DNA of 64,000 bases, from the NCBI GenBank assembly GCA_000146465.1, contig CP001945.1; one strand, 5' to 3'. Numbering within the stretch: position 1 is the stretch's first letter; each line of letters begins with the position of its first letter. This document shows positions 1 to 10,902 of this stretch, in pieces. A model generated the notes under the pieces. It worked only from the letters and a program-made list of their open reading frames with translations, was not told the DNA's origin and did no database searches. The translations under genes were made by a program, and so were the position numbers.

Positions 1-1
1 C

Positions 2-1522
2 TTTGTCCCTGAGATGTTCTGGACTCTAATGTTTAAGACTAAAAGTAAGAAACTTGGAGATGAATTTACGTGGAGAAGAGGATCTGTCTTTGATAAGAAC
101 TGTGTTATATGTTTCCATAGAAGCTTGTCTGGAGAAAGTGCTAGGATAGTGTTAAAAGAAGTGAGAGAAAGAACCAAATACAAGCCGCTTCCTCTTAGAA
201 CTGTTGAGCTTCAGAAGAAATGTTCATCGTACTTCAAGCTAAGTGGACACAAGGTGATGGAGATTGCAGAGGGGCTGTACAACAAAGGATATATAAGCTA
301 TCCCAGGACAGAGACAGATGCATTCGATAGGAAGTTTGACTTCAAGTACATATTGGGTAAGTTATGTAAGGATTCGAAGGTAGGTGAGCATGCTGAGAAG
401 TTGATTGGGGGGTTTGATTATCCGCGGAATGGAAGAAACAATGACATGGCACATTCTCCAATATATCCACTAAAAGAAGGGACAGGACTTTCAGGAAAGG
501 ATAGAGATATCTATGACTTTATTTGTAGAAGGTTTCTTGGATGTATATCAAAGGATGCCAAGGGCCTTGAGACACGGTATGAACTGAAGATTGGATCTGA
601 GATGTTTGATCTGAAGGGGATAAGGGTGGTCGAAAAGAACTATCTGGAGGTGTATTACTATGATAAGTGGGATGATAAAGAAGTCAGTGACTTTCAGATG
701 GGAGAGATGGTTTCGGGGGATCTTTGTATCTCGGAGGGCAAGACAACACCTCCAAACTATCTTACCGAGGCCGAACTGATAAGCCTGATGGATAAGAATG
801 GAATAGGAACAGATGCAACGATACATGAGCATATTCAAAAGATTCAAGAGAGAGGATATGCAATCAAGGTTGGAGAAGAAATAAGGCCTCTGGAGCTTGG
901 GGCAGCTCTTATTGGAGGATATGAAAGGTTTGGATTGAATGTTGGCAAGCCTGAGCTTCGGAAGAGCCTAGAAGGTAATCTCAAGAAGATATCGGAGGGC
1001 CGGATGAGTGGAAGAGAAGTAGTGAAGGAGGGAATTATAGCCTATAGAGACATATATGCCCTCCTTAAAAGAAATATCGAGGAATTTGTCTGTATTCTTA
1101 GACAGGGTATTGAAAATGATACAAAGCGGCTGGGAGTGGAGAAGAGAAAAAAGGCGGAAAGGGCAGAACAAGGAAAGACAAAAGCAGAGGGTTTCAAGGG
1201 TCTCAACCCAAAGAAAGCTCTGAACAAAGAAGGAGAAAAGAAAAGAGTGGAATGTGATTGTAAAGACGAAGCCAAGGTGCTGAAGGTAAAGAAGGGAGAC
1301 AATACTGGAAAGGAGTTCTATTGTTGTGGAAAGACAGCAAAAAGATGTTATTTTTTCCAGTGGTGTGACAAGGAGGAAACCAAGAGAGACGAGGAGCTGA
1401 AATGCTTCTGCGGGTTTGAGCCCCAATTGCTTGTAGCAAACACAGAAAACAATAAAGGAAGGAAGTTCTTCAAGTGCAAGAAAGCATACAAGCCATGTAA
1501 GTTCTTCCAATGGGAGGAATGA
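2..1522 (+). CDS. TOP3: DNA topoisomerase III (type IA), C-terminal part; 5' end lies outside the window. Two GRF-type zinc fingers at the C-terminus
   Basis: The open frame runs from the window edge. It contains the topo IA motif YISYPRTETDAFD and two C-terminal copies of Cx(n)C...FF(K/C)C...CxFFQW (GRF zinc finger). It ends at a stop at 1520-1522. Confidence 0.8.
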   Translation, partial: FVPEMFWTLMFKTKSKKLGDEFTWRRGSVFDKNCVICFHRSLSGESARIVLKEVRERTKYKPLPLRTVELQKKCSSYFKLSGHKVMEIAEGLYNKGYISYPRTETDAFDRKFDFKYILGKLCKDSKVGEHAEKLIGGFDYPRNGRNNDMAHSPIYPLKEGTGLSGKDRDIYDFICRRFLGCISKDAKGLETRYELKIGSEMFDLKGIRVVEKNYLEVYYYDKWDDKEVSDFQMGEMVSGDLCISEGKTTPPNYLTEAELISLMDKNGIGTDATIHEHIQKIQERGYAIKVGEEIRPLELGAALIGGYERFGLNVGKPELRKSLEGNLKKISEGRMSGREVVKEGIIAYRDIYALLKRNIEEFVCILRQGIENDTKRLGVEKRKKAERAEQGKTKAEGFKGLNPKKALNKEGEKKRVECDCKDEAKVLKVKKGDNTGKEFYCCGKTAKRCYFFQWCDKEETKRDEELKCFCGFEPQLLVANTENNKGRKFFKCKKAYKPCKFFQWEE

Positions 1523-1614
1523 AGGAGATCTCCTTTAAGAGGGGAAGTCCCCTTTTAAGGTTTGATTCAAGGAACAGGTTCTCCTTTTAAAATATAAAAT
1601 CTCTCTTTTGGAAG

Positions 1615-1962
1615 ATGGGAATGGTTGAAGAGAGCAGTGTGGCAGAACCAGTTCCACAGGCAAAGCCTCAACAAGAAATAGAGAGAAAAGGGTCTTTTCC
1701 AGAGAATGAAGTATCCAAGGACATGCCGGTGGTCAAGTTGAAGGACATTATGATGTATGCAGAAAACATGGAAGGGATGGAAAACAAGAAGTTGATTCCC
1801 TATGTAGTCTACTTGGACGAGCAGTTCAAGGAAATTGTCCAGAGAAGGAGAAAGGATGCAAAGGTAGTTCTTATACTCTACATAACTATTATGTCTATCT
1901 TTGTTATTGGGCTAATTGTATGTGGAGTAAAGCTCTTTGGGTATTTGATGGGATGGGAGTGA
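1615..1962 (+). CDS. Hypothetical small tail-anchored membrane protein (115 aa, single C-terminal TM); possibly SNARE-like
   Basis: ORF with a hydrophilic N-terminal region and a C-terminal hydrophobic stretch VVLILYITIMSIFVIGLIVCGV followed by a short tail. No confident family assignment. Confidence 0.3.
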   Translation: MGMVEESSVAEPVPQAKPQQEIERKGSFPENEVSKDMPVVKLKDIMMYAENMEGMENKKLIPYVVYLDEQFKEIVQRRRKDAKVVLILYITIMSIFVIGLIVCGVKLFGYLMGWE

Positions 1963-2044
1963 GTTTGAGTTTTGAGGATTCTCTGGTATCCAAATATGGT
2001 ATTAAATGGATTTATGTTGAGTTGTTTGTTAGAAGGTAGCCCTG

Positions 2045-3070
2045 ATGTATGTTGCAGGAGATACCATTACGGCTGTTATTGATATAGGCAGTGAAACAGC
2101 CAAGATTGGATATTCGGATACGCTCTTACCGATGATATTCTGTCCTAGCATATCATGGAAGAACGAGTACATATCCCCGGTGACTAGGTCGGTTGTAAGC
2201 GATGTGGGATCGTATCTTAGGATTCTATGCGACAATGCGCCACGGGATGCACAATCACTGGTGATTTCAGAGAACACGATGGAAGCAGGAGGAACAAAGA
2301 GGGAGATTCTGGGGTATCTTATGGAGAGACGAATGTGTGAATCAGTGTTGTTTGTCAGGAGTGGAATCCTGGATGCCTTTTCATATGGAAAAACAACAGG
2401 AGTGGTTGTTAGTCTTGGAGGAGGATCGAGCCAAGTTTGTAGTGTTGTTGATGGGCTCATCACTTGCCGGAGACGGCTGGATGTTGGGGGGAACGACCTG
2501 ACACAGGACTTTAGAAGAGGGATGGAAGAATGCGGGATTGATTTAAGGAAGTTTATTGGTGTGAATGATGGTGGATCTTGGTGTGAAAGGAAGATTGAGT
2601 TTGAGAAAAACGAATTTTGCCGATATGTTAAAGAAGCAGTTCTGAGTTTTCGGAGCGAGGAAACAGACAGAAGATATGAGTTTCCGAATGGAGAGACGGT
2701 TGAGATGGAGGACTGGTGTAACAGAATTTCAAAAAGGCTGAAGGAGGTTGTAAAGCTGATTGTTGAGGTTACTGAATTGAATGCAATGGAAGTGAGGTCT
2801 ACGCTGAGCAGTAACATATTGGTTGGGGGAGGATGCGGAGAAATAAGAGGAATGGAGAGTTTTATTTGCGAAGAGCTTGGGAAGGAGCGGCCGCGATGGA
2901 AAGTGAAGGTGAACGTTGAAAGGAGCCGGTTTAGTACGTTTGAAGGGGGTTCTGTGATTGGATCTATGGGGAGTGCAAAAAGCTTCCACATTGGAATCAA
3001 GGACTATGAAGAGTACGGAGAAGGAATTCTAGACAGAAAGAAATGCGAATGGATTGTGGAGACTGTATGA
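2045..3070 (+). CDS. Actin-related protein (Arp family, actin fold ATPase), 341 aa
   Basis: N-terminal actin phosphate-1 motif VIDIGSETAKIGYS, a central GG-rich adenosine loop (VVSLGGGSSQV) and a C-terminal ILVGGGCGEIRG motif typical of the actin/Arp fold. It is too short and divergent for conventional actin. Confidence 0.6.
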   Translation: MYVAGDTITAVIDIGSETAKIGYSDTLLPMIFCPSISWKNEYISPVTRSVVSDVGSYLRILCDNAPRDAQSLVISENTMEAGGTKREILGYLMERRMCESVLFVRSGILDAFSYGKTTGVVVSLGGGSSQVCSVVDGLITCRRRLDVGGNDLTQDFRRGMEECGIDLRKFIGVNDGGSWCERKIEFEKNEFCRYVKEAVLSFRSEETDRRYEFPNGETVEMEDWCNRISKRLKEVVKLIVEVTELNAMEVRSTLSSNILVGGGCGEIRGMESFICEELGKERPRWKVKVNVERSRFSTFEGGSVIGSMGSAKSFHIGIKDYEEYGEGILDRKKCEWIVETV

Positions 3071-3162
3071 TTTGAATGAATAAAGCATGAGCTATCTAGG
3101 GTTTTAACCTCTGTTTTTAGACTCTAAAAAATATAAAAACTTTTTCATCCAGGGCCCCTACA

Positions 3163-4584
3163 ATGGCTACAAAGATTGAGAACGATGTCAAACCACGTTT
3201 GAATGTTTGTTTTATCGGACACGTAGACTCTGGAAAGAGCACTACGGTGGGAATGCTTGCCTATCAGTTAGGAGCGGTTGACAAGAGAGAAATGGAGAAG
3301 TATGAGAAGGAGGCAGCTCTCAACAACAAGGAGTCGTTCTATCTTGCATACTTAACCGACAAGACCGAGGCAGAAAGAAAGAGAGGAATTACAATCACAA
3401 CCACTCTTATTGCTCTCTCTACAGAGAAGTTCGATATCAACGTTCTTGATTGCCCCGGGCACAAGGACTTTGTGAAGAACATGGTGGCAGGAGCATCGCA
3501 GGCAGATGTGGCAGTAGTGATTGTTCCAGCATCTGGATTTGAGTCCTGTGTTGGGGTTGGAGGGATGTTGAAGACACACATTATGATTTCAGGGATTCTC
3601 GGATGCGAGAAGCTGATTATATGTGTCAACAAGATGGACGAGATTGCCGAGGACAAGAGGAGGATGGAGAAGTTCAAGGAGGTATCTGATGAGATGCGTA
3701 GAATTGTCAAGAGGTGCCACAGAGATTCAAACCCTATTGTCCTGCCTATATCTGCGTACAAGGGAATCAACCTGACGAAGAAGGGAGAACACTTCAACTG
3801 GTTCAGTGGATGGAAAGAGAAGGAAGGATCGGAGGTGATACACACTCTTGAGGAGGCTCTGGATTACCAGAAGGTACCTGAGAGACACAACGACAAGCCT
3901 TTAAGAATGCCGATCACCAAAGTTTGCTCTATTGCAGGAATTGGTAAGATTTTCACAGGGCGTGTGGAGTACGGAACCATCACACCAAATCTTAAGATTA
4001 CAATTCAGCCGGCAGGAGTGGTGGGAGAGACCAGGTCTGTGGAGATCCACAACAAGCCAAGGCCCATGATTCCATGTGGAGAGAACTGTGGAGTTGCTCT
4101 CAAGGGAGGAGTTGTTGGGGAAATCGACAAAGTGGATGCAGGACACGTGATTTCGGCCAACGATGAGAACAAGGCCATAGCATATCCTGGGGCAAAGATC
4201 AGAACAATTGTTGTTGCCAGGCCAAAGGGATTGTCGGTAGGATATACTCCACAGATCAACTTTGGAAACTGCCACTCTCCAGGAAGGATTGCCAAGATTA
4301 TTTCAAGAGTAGTTGGTGGAAAGGAAGTACAGGAGAACCTTGAAAACATTGGAAATGGACAGACGTTTATTGGAGTTGTTGTTTTCCAGAAGCCGTTGGT
4401 TGTCGATAGGATGGACAAGTTCCAGAACCTGGCAAAGTTTGCACTTATGGACAGTAACGGGGTTGTGGGAATTGGAAATGTCATGGAGCCTCTTACCAAA
4501 GACCAGCTTCTCAAGGAGTACGGGATTGACATAAATGAAGATCCCAAGGCAGCAAAAAAGGCAGCCGGTAAGAAGAAAGCATAA
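3163..4584 (+). CDS. TEF1: Translation elongation factor 1-alpha
   Basis: G-domain motifs GHVDSGKST, DCPGHKDF and NKMD. The ORF begins directly with the GTPase domain. The 473-aa length and lysine-rich C-terminus (KAAKKAAGKKKA) fit EF-1alpha. A TATA-like element and GGGCCCC lie just upstream of the ATG. Confidence 0.88.
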   Translation: MATKIENDVKPRLNVCFIGHVDSGKSTTVGMLAYQLGAVDKREMEKYEKEAALNNKESFYLAYLTDKTEAERKRGITITTTLIALSTEKFDINVLDCPGHKDFVKNMVAGASQADVAVVIVPASGFESCVGVGGMLKTHIMISGILGCEKLIICVNKMDEIAEDKRRMEKFKEVSDEMRRIVKRCHRDSNPIVLPISAYKGINLTKKGEHFNWFSGWKEKEGSEVIHTLEEALDYQKVPERHNDKPLRMPITKVCSIAGIGKIFTGRVEYGTITPNLKITIQPAGVVGETRSVEIHNKPRPMIPCGENCGVALKGGVVGEIDKVDAGHVISANDENKAIAYPGAKIRTIVVARPKGLSVGYTPQINFGNCHSPGRIAKIISRVVGGKEVQENLENIGNGQTFIGVVVFQKPLVVDRMDKFQNLAKFALMDSNGVVGIGNVMEPLTKDQLLKEYGIDINEDPKAAKKAAGKKKA

Positions 4585-4636
4585 GTAATCTTTCTTCCAA
4601 AAGAAGTATCTTTATTAAACTTCTTTTATTAATTTC

Positions 4637-5527
4637 TTATATTCTTTTTAGTGCTTTTGTAAGGAAATGGTTCATCTCCCGTCGGCCTTTGCTAAGGAAA
4701 GCCTCCATTTCAACCTTCTTGCCTGTCTTCTTAAGAAGCAACGGGTCATTGGTAAAACATTCGAACTCCATAAGTCTGTCAACCATCTTCAGGTCGTATT
4801 TATTCAGGCCTGCAAGGCCGTCCTGATGGATCCTCTTGTCTAGGATGTCTTCTGCACAGACGCCAATCCGCACAATAGTTTCAACTCTTGTCTCTGGAGC
4901 CTCTCTACTCCCATACTTATAGACACAAAAGATGTGAATACCAAAGGGATCAAAGTCAAAGAGTCCTCCAATGGCTGTCTTGTGTTCTATCATCTTCAAC
5001 AATAGCATAGTGTTCTTGCATGGATATCCTCTCCCACACACAAGTAGCACACCTTCAAGATATCTTTCCCTTTCAATTCCAGATGCTATTCTTTGTAATA
5101 TTGTATCTTTTTCAACAACCAAAACCCTCTCGTAACTGCAGAACACCTCAACTATGCCCTCCATGTCTGGAATAAGCTGTGGGTTGTTCCTACATGAGGA
5201 CATCTCTATTATGTCTGGGCCCTTAACAAAAGCTAGCTTTCCGATAAAGGTTCCTTTGAGAGTATTTCTTATTCTAAGATCGCTTTTTGAAACTCGAAGC
5301 TCTGAGGCGATGGTAGATATCAACCTTTTGACAGCAGTCTGACTTTTGAATATATTCACAGCCATGTAAAAGATTTCTCTTTCATTTCTGGTGATTCCTA
5401 GTTCTTGCATCTCCATGATTATCTCATGGAGCCTTATCCTCATTACAAGAGTTCTCGACTTCAGCTCTGTCAGGAGCTTTAGTGCATTGTGCTTTAGCGA
5501 TGTGGATATCTCAGAAGAAAAGGCCAT
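4637..5527 (-). CDS. SPO11: Spo11 / topoisomerase VI-A-like meiotic DSB transesterase
   Basis: 5Y-CAP motif REIFY (catalytic Tyr), Toprim motifs VVEKDTILQRI, CGRGYPCKNT (the GxGxPD equivalent) and FDFDPFGIHIF (DxDPxG). Confidence 0.7.
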   Translation of the reverse strand: MAFSSEISTSLKHNALKLLTELKSRTLVMRIRLHEIIMEMQELGITRNEREIFYMAVNIFKSQTAVKRLISTIASELRVSKSDLRIRNTLKGTFIGKLAFVKGPDIIEMSSCRNNPQLIPDMEGIVEVFCSYERVLVVEKDTILQRIASGIERERYLEGVLLVCGRGYPCKNTMLLLKMIEHKTAIGGLFDFDPFGIHIFCVYKYGSREAPETRVETIVRIGVCAEDILDKRIHQDGLAGLNKYDLKMVDRLMEFECFTNDPLLLKKTGKKVEMEAFLSKGRREMNHFLTKALKRI

Positions 5528-5575
5528 TCTATCGCCAAAGCATAAACCCAGAATAACGAATCCCTGGGATATTGC

Positions 5576-6082
5576 ATGATATATACCGCAGAGATATACG
5601 AAAGAGTTAGGAAGCTCTTAGGAGATTTGTGCATGGTGCAGACCGGGGACAATCCAGTGGCATACAAGGTGTCAAAGTACAAATCAAAGAAGCCTGTGTA
5701 TCTTGTTGAAGGAAATGGAGGAGAAATGTATCTGATGGGGGATCACGTCTTCGAGCTTGAGCGTAGTGGGTTTGATGTAGGGGTTTCAAAGGAGAAAGAG
5801 GTATTGGTTATGCTTTTCAAGTTCAGCACTAGAAGTCTAGAGGGAGGCAGAAGAGTTGCAAGAGAATCTCCAGAGGAAGGGCAATTTATAGAGGTGGATG
5901 TAGGTCCGGTGACATGTGATGGAAGAAGAATGGGAACCCTGATAGCATCAAGTATTCCACAGGGTTTATGTGCATTGTCTAGTGTGCTAAAAAGATTTAT
6001 TCGGATTGATACCAACGGGTATTCAGAAGGAGGATTTGAAAAGTTGCTTGTGAGGGTTCTTAGTTCCAACAGGGTCCTATGA
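5576..6082 (+). CDS. Hypothetical protein (168 aa); weak PUA/Nip7-like resemblance only
   Basis: Intact ORF with even composition in a tight intergenic context. The motifs YLVEGNGGEMYLMGDHV and GTLIASSIPQGLCALSSV vaguely resemble Nip7/PUA proteins. This is not enough to name it. Confidence 0.35.
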   Translation: MIYTAEIYERVRKLLGDLCMVQTGDNPVAYKVSKYKSKKPVYLVEGNGGEMYLMGDHVFELERSGFDVGVSKEKEVLVMLFKFSTRSLEGGRRVARESPEEGQFIEVDVGPVTCDGRRMGTLIASSIPQGLCALSSVLKRFIRIDTNGYSEGGFEKLLVRVLSSNRVL

Positions 6083-6254
6083 ATCTGTTTATTGAAGCTG
6101 TATCCTGTATGGTTGGTTCTTGGAGATTTGCTTATTAGCTGGACCTATTAACTTGCTTGCTCTGGAAAGTGGTTTAATTCAGGCTCCATAGAAAATCAGT
6201 AACCTGAAGCATAAATAATAAATAAGGAATATCAACACGACTAGAGGGAAAATA

Positions 6255-7223
6255 ATGCTTCTACTTCTTACAATTGTTGGAATAGTGGTCTGCAGGGAAA
6301 ATGCAGTGATTCTGATTCTCTGTAGGAACAGCGACAAGAATGGCATAACAGAAACGATAAAGAATTTCGAAGAGGTGTTCAATAGAAACTTCGGATATCC
6401 TTATGTATTTCTGAACGATGAGGAGTTTACCGAGGACTTCAAGAAAGCTATAAAGGATGTTACATCTAATAGTGTTGAGTTTGGAAGACTCGAGCCCGAG
6501 GAGTGGGAGATTCCAAAGTGGATAGATATGGAGAAGGCAAAGGAGGAAATGAAGAAAATGGAAGACAGGAAAATCATCTATGGAGGGTCTCTATCATACA
6601 GGAAGATGTGCAGGTTCTTTTCTGGATTCTTCTACAGGAACAAGCTTGTCCAGAAGTATGACTATTATTGGAGGATAGAGCCAGATGTAAAGTTCCTGTG
6701 CCAGATAGAGTATGATCCGTTCACATATCTTCGGGAGAACAACAAACAGTATGGGTTTGTGATATCCTTGGTTGAGTTTATGGAGACGATTCCCAGTCTG
6801 TTTGGAGAGGTGATAAAGTTTGCAACACATAACCTGAACTTGATCAAAAAGGCCAATGGAAATAGATTCATACTAAACAAGGACGGGTCATACAACGGAT
6901 GTCATTTTTGGTCCAACTTTGAAATAGCAAACTTTGGATTCTTTAGAAATGAAACATACCAGAAGTACTTTGATTGGTTAGACAAGGCTGGGGGGTTTTT
7001 CTACGAAAGATGGGGTGATGCGCCTGTGCACAGTATTGCAGCATCTCTCTTCCTGGATAAGGATCAGATCCACTTCTTCAGCGACATTGGGTATGAGCAT
7101 CCTCCATTCCAGCATTGTCCAAGAGAGGCGTCCATGAGATCGAAATGCAAGTGCAGTATTTCGAACTCGTTAGACTTTTCTCCAAATTCGTGTCTGGGCT
7201 TGTACATAAAGTCTCTTTTGTGA
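6255..7223 (+). CDS. Glycolipid/glycoprotein alpha-1,2-mannosyltransferase, KRE2/MNT1 (GT15) family, type II membrane protein
   Basis: N-terminal signal-anchor [15 protein letters not shown]15 motifs are conserved throughout, including [21 protein letters not shown] and [12 protein letters not shown]. Confidence 0.85.
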   Translation: MLLLLTIVGIVVCRENAVILILCRNSDKNGITETIKNFEEVFNRNFGYPYVFLNDEEFTEDFKKAIKDVTSNSVEFGRLEPEEWEIPKWIDMEKAKEEMKKMEDRKIIYGGSLSYRKMCRFFSGFFYRNKLVQKYDYYWRIEPDVKFLCQIEYDPFTYLRENNKQYGFVISLVEFMETIPSLFGEVIKFATHNLNLIKKANGNRFILNKDGSYNGCHFWSNFEIANFGFFRNETYQKYFDWLDKAGGFFYERWGDAPVHSIAASLFLDKDQIHFFSDIGYEHPPFQHCPREASMRSKCKCSISNSLDFSPNSCLGLYIKSLL

Positions 7224-7303
7224 ATGAAGAATGCCTGGAAGTATATTCGATAATAATAAATTGGTACGACGGATATTTTGGTTTATTTTTGACCCGATAC
7301 GAG

Positions 7304-10078
7304 ATGGATTCTGAAAAGGAAGCTTTGAAGGAAAGGAAGAAAATGGAGAAGGAAGAGAAGAAGAGGCAGAAGCTGGAGAAATTCCTGGCAAAGAAAACAC
7401 AAGAAATGAATGTTTCCAAGCCAAGGAAGGAGTACAAGGGAGATGGCTATGACCCGCTAGGGATTGAAGGGAAGTGGTACGAGTTCTGGGAGAACAACGA
7501 GCTTTTCAAGCCTATAGAGGGAAAAGAGAAATATGTAATTCCGATTCCTCCGCCAAATGTCACAGGAAACCTTCATATAGGACATGCAATGATGGTTTCA
7601 ATTCAGGATACTTTGTGTAGATACAAGAGGATGTGCGGGTATGAGGTTTTGTATATTCCTGGGACAGACCATGCAGGAATAGCCACACAGAATGTTGTAT
7701 TGAAGCAATTGGAAAGAGAAGGAGTTGTCTCTGACAGAGAAGGGTTTCTTAAGAAGGCCTGGGAGTGGAAGGATAAGCATGGATCAAGAATATATGAGCA
7801 ATTTAAGAGATTAGGGACGAGTGTAGACTTCAGCAGGGAAAGATTTACCCTAGATCCAGGGATGAACGAAGCTGTTGTTGATGCGTTTGTAAAGCTCTAT
7901 GAAAGAGGCCTTATATATCGAGAGCTGAAAATTGTGAACTGGTGTGCCAAGCTGTCGACAACCATAAGTGACTTGGAGGTTAATCACGAAGAGGTGATGG
8001 CCAGCACAGATCTACAAGTAGATGGAGGAAAGTATGAGTTTGGGGTAATTTATCATTTTAAGTATCCCATGACAATAGATAAGGAATTTTCAGGAGATTA
8101 TCTTTCGCTACCGGCAATTGAAGTGGCAACAACAAGACCGGAAACGATTCTTGGAGACACGGCGATATGTGTGAATGGAAAGGACGAAAGATTTGGAGCC
8201 AGAGGAATAAAGGAGACTTTTGGGGATGTTCCTGAAGGAAGCAAGCTCTATTGTGTAAATCCGTTGACCAGTGAGGTGATTCCTGTTGTCTTTGACGACT
8301 ATGCAGATATGAGCTTTGGAACTGGAGTGGTGAAAATAACACCTGCACATGATGCAAATGACTTCGATGTATCGAGGAGACATGGACTTCCTTGCAAGAT
8401 TGTGTTTGATGAAGAAAACAGGGTAATCATTGAGGGAGAGTTCAAGGGGCTAAAGAGATTTGAGGCAAGAAAAGCTGTTATTTCAAAGCTTACAGACATT
8501 GGCTTGTTTGTTGGAAAGAAGGAGTATCCTCAGGTGATTCCAAGATGTTCCCGATCTAATGACATTATAGAGCCTATTGTCAAGAGTCAATGGTGGATGG
8601 ACTGTAAGGAAATGGCAAATAAGGCTATTGAGGCAGTTAAAGAAGGAAGAATAAGAATACTACCTGAAGGGGCAGAAAGGCGATGGTATAAATGGCTTGA
8701 GAATATCAGGGACTGGTGTCTATCGAGGCAACTGTGGTGGGGGCATCGAATACCTGCATACAGAATGCCTTCTGGAAAATGGTATGTTGGAAGAAGCAAG
8801 GAAGAAGCATTTTTGAAGATGAAGAATGAGTGTCCTGAGGATGGATGTAGTATTGATGAGTTTGAGCAGGACGAGGATGTTCTAGACACATGGTTTTCTT
8901 CGGGCCTATGGCCGTTTGCCATTCTAGGATGGCCCAAAGAGACAGAAGACCTTCAAAAGTACTATCCTAGCACCTTGCTTGAAACAGGCAGCGACATTCT
9001 CTTCTTCTGGGTGGCGAGAATGGTGATGCTTGGAATTGAACTGACCGGAAAAGAGCCTTTCAGCCAAGTGTTTCTCCATGGGATAGTAAGAGATGCACAT
9101 GGAAGGAAGATGAGCAAAAGCCTTGGGAATGTCATTGACCCGATTTTTGTGATTGATGGATGTCCTCTTTCAAAGCTGATTTCGACAATGAGAAGCGGGA
9201 ATCTCGATGAGAGGGAGATGAAGAGGGCAGAAGAAGTCCTACGAAAGGATTTCCCAAACGGAATACCAAGGTGCGGGGCAGATGCTCTTAGATTTACTTT
9301 ACTTTCCTACACCTCTGGAATGAAGGATATCAACCTTGATGTACTGAGGGTGGAAGGATATCGAAGGTTTTGCAACAAAATATGGAATGCTCATAGATTT
9401 GTGAAGGCAGCAGTAGATGAGGCCATTGAAGAAAGCCTTAGAGGGTCCACTTGTAAGAAGAAATACGAGAAGTATATTCTTCCGGCTGATAAGCTACAGA
9501 TTCGTTCTGGAGAAGGACCCGTTGAATGGATTCTTAAAAAAAGGAACGAGTTAATAGAAATAAGCCAGAGAATGATTGATTCATTCAACTTCATGGGAGC
9601 CACACAAGCAATCCATCAGTTTTTTATTTACGATCTGTGTGATGTCTTCATAGAGGTTGTTAAGAAAAACAAGAGCGAAAGATACATAGGGGTACTATTA
9701 AGCGTGTTTATCGATTCGATGAAGATACTCCATCCATTTATGCCATTTATCACAGAAGAGGTGTTTTCTGATTATTTCGATAGTTCTATTTCCACTTCAC
9801 CATATCCTAGGACAGATGGGTCTAACCATGAAAACAAGTTTTCTGGGACACTTCAAATTATAAGGCATGTAAGGGCAAAGGCAGAGTCAAAGGGATGGCC
9901 TAGGGTTGCAGTAGGGATTGCCCCAGGAGAAGATGTTGACCTTGCAGACCTGGAGTTTGTCCGTCTGCTTTGCAAAAAAATTATCGAATTTAAGGTAGTA
10001 GAACATTCAGAAAGCTCAGAAAGCCATCTGTATGAGAAGGTAGGGGATTCTGGAGTATTTGTGAGCCAAGCAGATTGA
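7304..10078 (+). CDS. VAS1: Valyl-tRNA synthetase (class I aaRS) with a Lys/Glu-rich N-terminal extension
   Basis: [14 protein letters not shown] (HIGH), [12 protein letters not shown] (KMSKS), and editing and anticodon-binding regions conserved with ValRS. The ORF-track ORF starts at 7115, but the conserved protein begins at the ATG at 7304 ([13 protein letters not shown]...). Confidence 0.9.
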   Translation: MDSEKEALKERKKMEKEEKKRQKLEKFLAKKTQEMNVSKPRKEYKGDGYDPLGIEGKWYEFWENNELFKPIEGKEKYVIPIPPPNVTGNLHIGHAMMVSIQDTLCRYKRMCGYEVLYIPGTDHAGIATQNVVLKQLEREGVVSDREGFLKKAWEWKDKHGSRIYEQFKRLGTSVDFSRERFTLDPGMNEAVVDAFVKLYERGLIYRELKIVNWCAKLSTTISDLEVNHEEVMASTDLQVDGGKYEFGVIYHFKYPMTIDKEFSGDYLSLPAIEVATTRPETILGDTAICVNGKDERFGARGIKETFGDVPEGSKLYCVNPLTSEVIPVVFDDYADMSFGTGVVKITPAHDANDFDVSRRHGLPCKIVFDEENRVIIEGEFKGLKRFEARKAVISKLTDIGLFVGKKEYPQVIPRCSRSNDIIEPIVKSQWWMDCKEMANKAIEAVKEGRIRILPEGAERRWYKWLENIRDWCLSRQLWWGHRIPAYRMPSGKWYVGRSKEEAFLKMKNECPEDGCSIDEFEQDEDVLDTWFSSGLWPFAILGWPKETEDLQKYYPSTLLETGSDILFFWVARMVMLGIELTGKEPFSQVFLHGIVRDAHGRKMSKSLGNVIDPIFVIDGCPLSKLISTMRSGNLDEREMKRAEEVLRKDFPNGIPRCGADALRFTLLSYTSGMKDINLDVLRVEGYRRFCNKIWNAHRFVKAAVDEAIEESLRGSTCKKKYEKYILPADKLQIRSGEGPVEWILKKRNELIEISQRMIDSFNFMGATQAIHQFFIYDLCDVFIEVVKKNKSERYIGVLLSVFIDSMKILHPFMPFITEEVFSDYFDSSISTSPYPRTDGSNHENKFSGTLQIIRHVRAKAESKGWPRVAVGIAPGEDVDLADLEFVRLLCKKIIEFKVVEHSESSESHLYEKVGDSGVFVSQAD

Positions 10079-10103
10079 CAAGAACATAACTGATTAAAGT
10101 CTT

Positions 10104-10754
10104 TTAATTTAGCTTTTTGGCAGAGTGAGTGGAAACCAAAAAGTCTCTTCCCCTTCGGTAATATTCCTGTACATCACGTGGGCAGCTGAGAACCCACTTG
10201 TCCAGAGACACACGTATTTCCCCAAAGACACTTCGCATTGATGGATTATTGAAGTATTGCTGCCTCACCATGGCAATGAAAGTTGTAAAGGTCACGAGGC
10301 TCGACTTTCTGAGGAATATCATTAGGAAGGAGAGAGGAACAGCAAGAACCTCTGTAAACAATGCTAGTCTCCCCAGGGTGACATGGTATGCCGACAAGGA
10401 GACACAGATGGGATATATAGATGTTCTTTCGAAAGTCTTCTTGTTGGACAGAACAAATGAGCTGAGATGATATATCGACAGAAGGTAAAACGGGAGAAGA
10501 AGAGCCTCATGGGGAAACGTGAAGAACACTGTGATGCAGTAAATGTTTGGCTGTGACAGGATTTCCTTCATGGATGAGAGATGTGGAAGTAAGGAAATTG
10601 AGTATGACGATATCAAGCACAGAATGTTTACGAAGTTTGGCAGTGGATATATAGGAATTCTGATCAGATGAAGCACAATGTATAGTGTGTAGTTTACCGC
10701 AAACAAAGTATTCAGTAACATCCATGTCTTCTTAGTAGAATTTATCTCTAGCAT
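10104..10754 (-). CDS. Hypothetical polytopic membrane protein (216 aa, about 5-6 TM helices)
   Basis: ORF with several long hydrophobic segments. No recognisable catalytic motif. Confidence 0.4.
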   Translation of the reverse strand: MLEINSTKKTWMLLNTLFAVNYTLYIVLHLIRIPIYPLPNFVNILCLISSYSISLLPHLSSMKEILSQPNIYCITVFFTFPHEALLLPFYLLSIYHLSSFVLSNKKTFERTSIYPICVSLSAYHVTLGRLALFTEVLAVPLSFLMIFLRKSSLVTFTTFIAMVRQQYFNNPSMRSVFGEIRVSLDKWVLSCPRDVQEYYRRGRDFLVSTHSAKKLN

Positions 10755-10902
10755 TTTTCTTAGAAGGGCTAAGGGATCAAGTGGTATTTAGAGAACGAAG
10801 TTTGGGGTGTTTCATGTAGTGTGCCAAATAACAAAATGCTGAATAGTGATATTTGAAACGTCCATAAAGACATAAAGGCAGGCGAGAAAGAAAATCTCGG
10901 GA

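Noticed and set aside
1523-1575. Imperfect inverted repeat CCTTTAAGAGGGG / CCCCTTTTAAGG after the TOP3 stop
   Set aside because: It could be a 3' hairpin. But it is short and imperfect, and not repeated elsewhere in the window. It is probably fortuitous, or simply the GGG/CCC promoter motif of the next gene
2029-3000. 323-aa minus-strand ORF antisense to the Arp gene, plus many other 60-180-aa antisense ORFs (for example 968..1510, 3339..3845, 4005..4547, 37293..37532, 45591..45944)
   Set aside because: They are entirely nested antisense within well-supported conserved genes, with skewed Ser/Leu/Pro-rich composition and no motifs. These are typical shadow ORFs
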